DNA of 39,928 nt from a virus (taxonomy: Duplodnaviria; Caudoviricetes): positions 1-39,928 of the IMG/VR virus record IMGVR_UViG_3300048848_000222; one strand, written 5' to 3'. Under the pieces are notes generated by a model that was given only the letters and a program-made list of their open reading frames with translations, was not told where the DNA came from and ran no database searches. Position numbers and translations under genes: made by a program. Below are positions 34,893 to 39,928 of the stretch, piece by piece; within the stretch, counting starts at the first letter, position 1; each line of letters begins with the position of its first letter.

Positions 34893-35197
34893 GATGCGCT
34901 CCTGATCGGAATCCACTCGACCCGCAGGTTCGGCAGCTTCGACAACTCGCCGCACGGCCAGCACTTGATCGCGTAGCCGTTCTCGATGCACGCGACAGCG
35001 TGTTCCTTGCACGGTCTGCAGTACAGGAAGGAAGCGCCGCAATTCATGCAGCGGCACACGAAGTCGGCGGGTGCCCCGCATCGCCCAGGACCCGAGGTGT
35101 TCTTGACCTCGCAGGGTAGCTGCGGCTCGAAGTCGAGGTGCTCGATCGTCTCCGTGTCCGACTTCCAGTCGGTCAGCACGTCCTCGAACTTGCTCAT
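34889..35197 (-). CDS. Cys-rich hypothetical protein
   Basis: ATG 35197 with GAGGAGG RBS; several CxxC motifs. Confidence 0.7.
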   Translation of the reverse strand: MSKFEDVLTDWKSDTETIEHLDFEPQLPCEVKNTSGPGRCGAPADFVCRCMNCGASFLYCRPCKEHAVACIENGYAIKCWPCGELSKLPNLRVEWIPIRSAS

Positions 35198-35352
35198 GAC
35201 GCCCTCCTCAGCCACCGGGCGAACCCGACCGCGACGAGCACGAACGTGACCAGCAGCACGACCACCGGGCCGTCGACCGCGACGGTGTACGAGCGGGTGA
35301 TCGCCGCCGCGGCCAGCAGCACGCCGACGAGCACGAACACGGCCCCGATCAC
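35194..35352 (-). CDS. 52-aa two-TM membrane protein (not in the ORF track)
   Basis: GTGA/ATGA-coupled: VIGAVFVLVGVLLAAAAIT...PVVVLLVTFVLVAVGFARW. Confidence 0.65.
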   Translation of the reverse strand: MIGAVFVLVGVLLAAAAITRSYTVAVDGPVVVLLVTFVLVAVGFARWLRRAS

Positions 35353-35864
35353 GACGACACCGCCTGCTCAGCATCGAGAACGGCGACGTTCTCGATCGCG
35401 GACAGGTCCCAGATGCACCCGGACGCGACGTCCCAGCCGTAATACCAGTCGTGCTTCATCCGGGCGGACCACTGGTACGGGGCGATGATGATGCCCGAGA
35501 ACCGCGCAGCGAACGCCGGCCAGTTGATCGACACATCCACCCACGAGTGCGCGAATGCGCCGCTCGGGCTCGTGTAGCTCTTCTCCTCGCGGACGCCCCA
35601 CTCGGCTTCGAACGCCACGAGCGCGTCGAGCGAGTCGATCACCAGCACGTTCGCGCCGGGCGTGAGTGTCACCTCGTGCTCGAATGTCAGACGCTCGACG
35701 CCGAACTCTTCGGCCCGGCACCACGACGGCCAGTCATCCTCCCCCTTGACACTCACCCAGAACCCTCGCGGCTTCGCGTGAGTCATCGGCTTGCGCTGCG
35801 GGTAGATCATGAACCGCTCGAGCACGAGAGGCGCCGAGGCGTAGTGGCGCAGCTCCATGCTCAT
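35349..35864 (-). CDS. Conserved phage protein, possibly with an ADP-ribosyltransferase-like fold
   Basis: ATG 35864; LRHYAS, KPRGFWVS, INWPAFAARFSGII, WYYGWDVASGCIWD. Confidence 0.7.
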   Translation of the reverse strand: MSMELRHYASAPLVLERFMIYPQRKPMTHAKPRGFWVSVKGEDDWPSWCRAEEFGVERLTFEHEVTLTPGANVLVIDSLDALVAFEAEWGVREEKSYTSPSGAFAHSWVDVSINWPAFAARFSGIIIAPYQWSARMKHDWYYGWDVASGCIWDLSAIENVAVLDAEQAVSS

Positions 35865-35992
35865 GAAGCCACCTCGTCCCGGTCTTGCTCGGCCGCGGTC
35901 AGGAACGCGAGGAACCCGAGCCGCAGGTTGAGGAGCCGGTAGCTGATCCACGACGCCCGCTTCGGCACGAACGTCGACCGGCGCCGGCTCAC
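35861..35992 (-). CDS. Hypothetical 43-aa protein
   Basis: Coupled at both ends (GTGA, ATGA). Confidence 0.5.
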   Translation of the reverse strand: MSRRRSTFVPKRASWISYRLLNLRLGFLAFLTAAEQDRDEVAS

Positions 35993-36246
35993 GACGACAC
36001 CTCGACACGGTCCTTCACCAGGGTCCGCAGCGCCTCAAGCGCCTCCACCGACCCCGACGCCATCCGCACGGCCTGCACCAAGCTCGGGAACGCGTGACCC
36101 AGACGAGCCTTGTTCAGCGCGTCCGCGTGCTGCACGGCGCGGATCAGGTGGGTGGTGAATGATCCCGGCTCAAGGCCGAGCCCGTAATCTCCGGCGACGA
36201 CGTAGAGCGCGTGCTGCGCATCCTTCGTCGCGATCTCGATCGCCAT
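35989..36246 (-). CDS. Hypothetical phage protein
   Basis: EPGSFTTHLIRAVQHADALNKARLGHAFP. Confidence 0.75.
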   Translation of the reverse strand: MAIEIATKDAQHALYVVAGDYGLGLEPGSFTTHLIRAVQHADALNKARLGHAFPSLVQAVRMASGSVEALEALRTLVKDRVEVSS

Positions 36247-36438
36247 TGCTCTCTCTTCTCTGTTCGATGGGGATGCCGCGCCCGCCCGACGGGGGAATCG
36301 GTGGGGGATGCGAACGCGGCAGTACTTGGGGGGCGGTTAGACCGAGGGGCCGTCCAGCCCCGGGGATGGGGGCACAGGACCGGACGGCGTTCCCGCTACG
36401 GTCGAGATGTCACTCGAACCGACCGAAGGGGAAGACAC

Positions 36439-36714
36439 GTGGACGCGAAGACGCAGATCGCCAGACTTCAGATGAGCGCTCAGGTCCTGCAGGAGACGCT
36501 CCGCGGAGTGATCGCCGCGGAGCCTGACTACGACTTGGAGACCGACGACCCCGTCGGCCGCAACTTCCTCGCGTACCGTGAGGTCGTCAACGAACTCGTC
36601 ACGTCGTTTCAGACGTTCACTGACATCGCCGCGCTTCAGGCGTTCCAGATCGGAAAGCTGCTCGGCGAATTCCCGCCCGATGCTGATGAGTCGTTCACGG
36701 TTCCGAGACCCTGA
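36439..36714 (+). CDS. Counter-oriented hypothetical protein within the early operon
   Basis: GAAGGGG RBS, GTG 36439, high GC3. Confidence 0.65.
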   Translation: MDAKTQIARLQMSAQVLQETLRGVIAAEPDYDLETDDPVGRNFLAYREVVNELVTSFQTFTDIAALQAFQIGKLLGEFPPDADESFTVPRP

Positions 36715-36770
36715 GGCCACGCGCTCGGCCCCGATCTCCCCACGGATCAGCTTCCGCAACTTTGCCGCCC

Positions 36771-37247
36771 TCATGAATTCACCTCATCGTCTTGGACAGC
36801 GGCGAAGTACTGCCGCAGCGAGTCGGGCAACACGGCAAGGTAGCGTTCCTGAATCGCCGCGCGCTCTTCCTCGAGAGCGGCTTGAAACTCATCCCAGTGG
36901 GCGGTGATGACTCGCTCGCGAGCGATCTTCTCGACTTCGGCGTTCGAGTTCTGGTTCGTCCAACCGGCATCGCCCACGAGCGCTCTCACCGACTCGGCCA
37001 CGTGCCGCGTGCACACATTGCGGAGTTTCGAAACAGGCTCTGTGACCCGATACTGGTTGGCCTCGTGCGTGACCGTACGGACCACCGCCACAGGAGGACC
37101 GCACGTCACGAGCCGCTGATGCCGGCTCAGGGAACACGACAGCCCATCGCCAGGCTTCCATGCGCGGATGCTGGCCCCGACGATGCGTTTGAAACCTCGC
37201 CCGCTCTCCGGGTCGAACGGCAGCGCAAACCACTCCTGCGCGCTCAT
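36771..37247 (-). CDS. Hypothetical early protein
   Basis: ATGA-coupled to the Xis-like gene. Confidence 0.7.
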   Translation of the reverse strand: MSAQEWFALPFDPESGRGFKRIVGASIRAWKPGDGLSCSLSRHQRLVTCGPPVAVVRTVTHEANQYRVTEPVSKLRNVCTRHVAESVRALVGDAGWTNQNSNAEVEKIARERVITAHWDEFQAALEEERAAIQERYLAVLPDSLRQYFAAVQDDEVNS

Positions 37248-37486
37248 GCTGCACCACCTGACCGGGTCGCCTGCATTGAGGCCGCAATCCAGGCATGGAC
37301 GTCTGACTCCGCGTAGACGACAGTTCGCGGAGTGGGCTTGAAATAGCGAGGACCCTGCCCACTAGATCGAAGATTCGCAAGCCGCTTCTTCGTCACGCCG
37401 GGAACCATCGCGCACACCTGTTCAGGCGAAAGGTAACGCTGCGCGGCGCCAGCCGACGGGTGCAGCGCAGACACCGTCGCGCTCAT
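37244..37486 (-). CDS. Excisionase/AlpA-like HTH protein
   Basis: YLSPEQV...LANLRSSGQGPRYFKP...VVYAESDVHAWI. Confidence 0.85.
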   Translation of the reverse strand: MSATVSALHPSAGAAQRYLSPEQVCAMVPGVTKKRLANLRSSGQGPRYFKPTPRTVVYAESDVHAWIAASMQATRSGGAA

Positions 37487-37746
37487 GAAGCCACCGCCTC
37501 GGGCACCTCATCTGCAATGACTTCGACAGGCACGGTCACCTCGCCAAAGCCAAGACCGAAGGCCTGCATGATGCCGATGACGGTGCGGAGCGAGGGCTCC
37601 TCCCCCGCCTTCAGCCGAGCCAGCGTTGGCCGACTGACGCCGATGGTTCGAGCGAAGGCATCGTCGCTGCGAATGCCGGAAATCTGCTTGAGCCTGTCGA
37701 GCAGTTCGGGCCGAATTCTCACGGTCGCACCATTTGGTTCGTTCAT
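37483..37746 (-). CDS. Cro-like XRE HTH regulator
   Basis: ATG 37746; SDDAFARTIGVSRPTLARLKAGEEPS; divergent from the repressor. Confidence 0.85.
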   Translation of the reverse strand: MNEPNGATVRIRPELLDRLKQISGIRSDDAFARTIGVSRPTLARLKAGEEPSLRTVIGIMQAFGLGFGEVTVPVEVIADEVPEAVAS

Positions 37747-37801
37747 GCACCAAGGATGCACATGCCCCTTACCTTCTGTCAACCGTGTGCACCAATTGGT
37801 T
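37727..37801. promoter_or_regulatory. Putative operators GCACCA(A/T)TTGGTT
   Basis: Copies at 37727-37739 and 37789-37801 (palindromic core ACCAATTGGT); partial copy at 37747. Confidence 0.6.
37753..37782 (-). promoter_or_regulatory. Early lytic promoter (leaderless cro)
   Basis: TTGACA (37782-37777), 18 nt, CATCCT, 6 nt, ATG. Confidence 0.65.
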
Positions 37802-37829
37802 TGACACTGAGACACGCTTGTTACATGAT
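37801..37829 (+). promoter_or_regulatory. Lysogeny promoter (leaderless repressor)
   Basis: TTGACA (37801-37806), 17 nt, CATGAT, 6 nt, ATG 37836. Confidence 0.7.
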
Positions 37830-37835
37830 TGAGCC

Positions 37836-38327
37836 ATGTCGAACCCCCACACATGGCTGAAATCCATCGGAGCTGTCGAATCCCTGCGCGAGGTCGCGTC
37901 GCGTGCGGGCGTGAGCCACGCCACACTGAGCCGACAGATATCGAATGGTCGATTCCTGTTCGACACGACCCTCGACCTCGCCAGGGCGTACGGCGCCCCA
38001 GTTGTTCCCGCCCTCGTTGCCAACGGCCACCTCACGCCGACCGAGGGAGGCATGGAGGGCATCGAAAAGGCTCTGGCAGCTGCGACAGATGAGCAGCTCG
38101 TCGTCGAAGTAGGGCGGAGATTGGGTCTCGGAGGTTCGATACTCTTCGACGCGCCAGCATCAGAAGCGATGGCGACTGCCTCGAATGTCATCGACGGCCG
38201 GTTCCCGGACGCGAATGTCAGTGCTCCCGGTGAAGATGAACCGACCGTCAAACAGCCTCCGTCACGTCACCGTGAGGCTGCCAAAAAGGGCACTCGGAAA
38301 GCCGAGAAGGCCCCGCACGCAGAGTAG
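37836..38327 (+). CDS. Prophage immunity repressor (XRE HTH)
   Basis: SLREVASRAGVSHATLSRQI; divergent from cro, upstream of the peptidase and integrase. Confidence 0.85.
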   Translation: MSNPHTWLKSIGAVESLREVASRAGVSHATLSRQISNGRFLFDTTLDLARAYGAPVVPALVANGHLTPTEGGMEGIEKALAAATDEQLVVEVGRRLGLGGSILFDAPASEAMATASNVIDGRFPDANVSAPGEDEPTVKQPPSRHREAAKKGTRKAEKAPHAE

Positions 38328-38340
38328 TCAGGAGGCGATG

Positions 38341-38787
38341 ATGAAGGATTTACTGCATCATGCGGCCACCATGGGAATCTCAGTGCACGCGGCCCGCCTG
38401 GAGCCCGGCGTCCTAGGCGAGTGGTACGAAGACGAGCGCGAAGTCTACTTCGACCTGCGCCTAACGCCCCATGAACGCCGCTGCGTCGTCGGCCACGAGC
38501 TCGGTCACGCCCACTACGGTCACCGCTGCGAGGACGACCAGCACGCAGAGACACAGGCGGACGTCTACGCTGCGACCCTTCTGGTCGACCCGGTCGAGTA
38601 CGAGCGGCTCGAGTGCGAAGGCCTAGACAGCCACGAGATCGCGGAAGAGCTTCGAGTCACCGCTGAGCTACTCGACGTGTTCCGGCGCCACTGCCTCACG
38701 AGCCTCCGTGGCGTGACCTACGTGCGATCGCGGATGGGCCTGGGTCAGTGGGCACATATCGGGTTCCGGCGCGCAGAGGGGGCATGA
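38341..38787 (+). CDS. ImmA/IrrE-family metallopeptidase (anti-repressor)
   Basis: GGAGG RBS; RRCVVGHELGHAHYGH...ETQADVYAATLL...IAEELRVT. Confidence 0.9.
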   Translation: MKDLLHHAATMGISVHAARLEPGVLGEWYEDEREVYFDLRLTPHERRCVVGHELGHAHYGHRCEDDQHAETQADVYAATLLVDPVEYERLECEGLDSHEIAEELRVTAELLDVFRRHCLTSLRGVTYVRSRMGLGQWAHIGFRRAEGA

Positions 38788-38788
38788 C

Positions 38789-39928
38789 GTGGCTGGCAGC
38801 ATCACCGCCTACACCACCGCTCAGGGCAGACGGTATCGAGTTCGCTACCGGAAGCCAGACAAGTCCCAAACCGACAAGCGCGGGTTTCGCACCAAGAAGG
38901 AAGCCGAACTCTTTCTCGCCTCTGTGACCGTCTCGAAAGCGACAGGCGAGTACATCGACCCCGCGCTCTCCAAGGTCACGGTCGGCCAGCTCGTCGACCG
39001 CTGGCTCGCAGGGAAGAAAGTGCTGAAGCCCTCGGCATATGACCCACTCCCCCGCGCGTGGCGAAACCACGTGGCCCCGCACTGGGAGACGCGCGAGATC
39101 CGATCGATCGAACCCTCCGAAGTTCAGGCGTGGGTCGCACAGATCAACGAGCAGCGATCGGCGGCGACCACGCTCCGCGCTCTCGGCGTGCTGGCCGGAA
39201 TCCTCGACATGGCTGTCGACGACGGCCGGATCAAACGGAACCCCGCCAGAGGCCTGAAGAACCGGCCCCGCAAGCCGAAGAAGAAGCCGGGTAGGTCGTA
39301 CCTCAGCTTCCCCCAGCTGGAACTGCTGGCCAGATGCTCAGCGCGACCGACCCTCGTCCGCATCCTGGGACTGACTGGTCTTCGTTGGGGCGAGGCCACT
39401 GCGTTGCGTGTGCGGGACGTCGATCAGCTACGGCGGCGAATTCACGCTGAGGAGAACGCCGTCACGGTGAACGGGGTGGTGCACGTGGGCACGCTGAAGG
39501 GCGCCGAGGATCGGTGGGTGCCCTACCCTGCGTTCCTCGATCCTGAGATCGCCGCCGCGGCGGGTAGCCGTGGACCCGCAGCCCTGCTCTTCGCGGGCGC
39601 GCATGGCAGCCACCTGCGTCGAGTCGAGAACGGCACGGGATGGTTTGAGGGAGCTGTGTCGCGCGCGCAGACGATCGATCCAGCCTTCCCCCGCATTACG
39701 CCCCACGATCTGCGTCACACGGCCGCGAGCCTCGCGATCAGCGCCGGCGCGAACGTCAAGGTGCTGCAGCGCATGCTCGGTCACGAGTCGGCCGCGATGA
39801 CGCTTGACACCTACGCCGACCTGTTCGACGACGACCTCGAAGCCATCGCCGCGAAGCTTGACGAGGCGTCGCGGGCGGCCCCGATCCATCCGGAGTGGGT
39901 GCGGAAGCTCGGAGAGCCGGCTGCCTGA
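38789..39928 (+). CDS. int: Tyrosine integrase
   Basis: Arm-binding YRVRYR...KRGFRTKKEA; catalytic GLRWGE, HDLRH, LGH, DTY. Confidence 0.97.
   Translation: MAGSITAYTTAQGRRYRVRYRKPDKSQTDKRGFRTKKEAELFLASVTVSKATGEYIDPALSKVTVGQLVDRWLAGKKVLKPSAYDPLPRAWRNHVAPHWETREIRSIEPSEVQAWVAQINEQRSAATTLRALGVLAGILDMAVDDGRIKRNPARGLKNRPRKPKKKPGRSYLSFPQLELLARCSARPTLVRILGLTGLRWGEATALRVRDVDQLRRRIHAEENAVTVNGVVHVGTLKGAEDRWVPYPAFLDPEIAAAAGSRGPAALLFAGAHGSHLRRVENGTGWFEGAVSRAQTIDPAFPRITPHDLRHTAASLAISAGANVKVLQRMLGHESAAMTLDTYADLFDDDLEAIAAKLDEASRAAPIHPEWVRKLGEPAA

Larger units (their letters stand above)
1392..39928. mobile_element. Temperate siphovirus prophage; the left boundary is uncertain and may include 1-1422, and att sites are not visible
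   Basis: Complete, colinear integration/immunity, replication, packaging, head, tail and lysis modules. Confidence 0.95.

Overview
The window is almost entirely one apparently intact temperate siphovirus prophage. High GC, leaderless TANNNT promoters and the gene families suggest an actinobacterial host, probably Microbacteriaceae (inference). At the right end, on the + strand, are a repressor, an ImmA/IrrE-type metallopeptidase and a tyrosine integrase. On the - strand, running leftwards, are Cro-like and Xis-like genes, an early region (RusA, HNH, PD-(D/E)XK exonuclease, RecT-like protein, replication initiator with internal iterons, DnaB, SSB), late regulators, a ~390 nt highly structured late leader, HNH/terminase/portal/ClpP/capsid, neck and tail genes with a -1 frameshifted chaperone, a lysis cassette embedded among the tail genes, and a tail spike. 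A few accessory genes lie at the left end. No att site, tRNA, CRISPR array or reverse transcriptase was seen. The most notable observations are the structured late-leader RNA followed by a ubiquitin-like gene, two HEPN-like morons with their own leaderless promoters, a 29-bp frame-shifting tandem repeat inside an HTH gene, a predicted pseudoknot before the tail chaperone, an ART-like early protein and a 15-unit AA[W/R][A/D] repeat protein. All family calls come from motif recognition by eye, with no database search.
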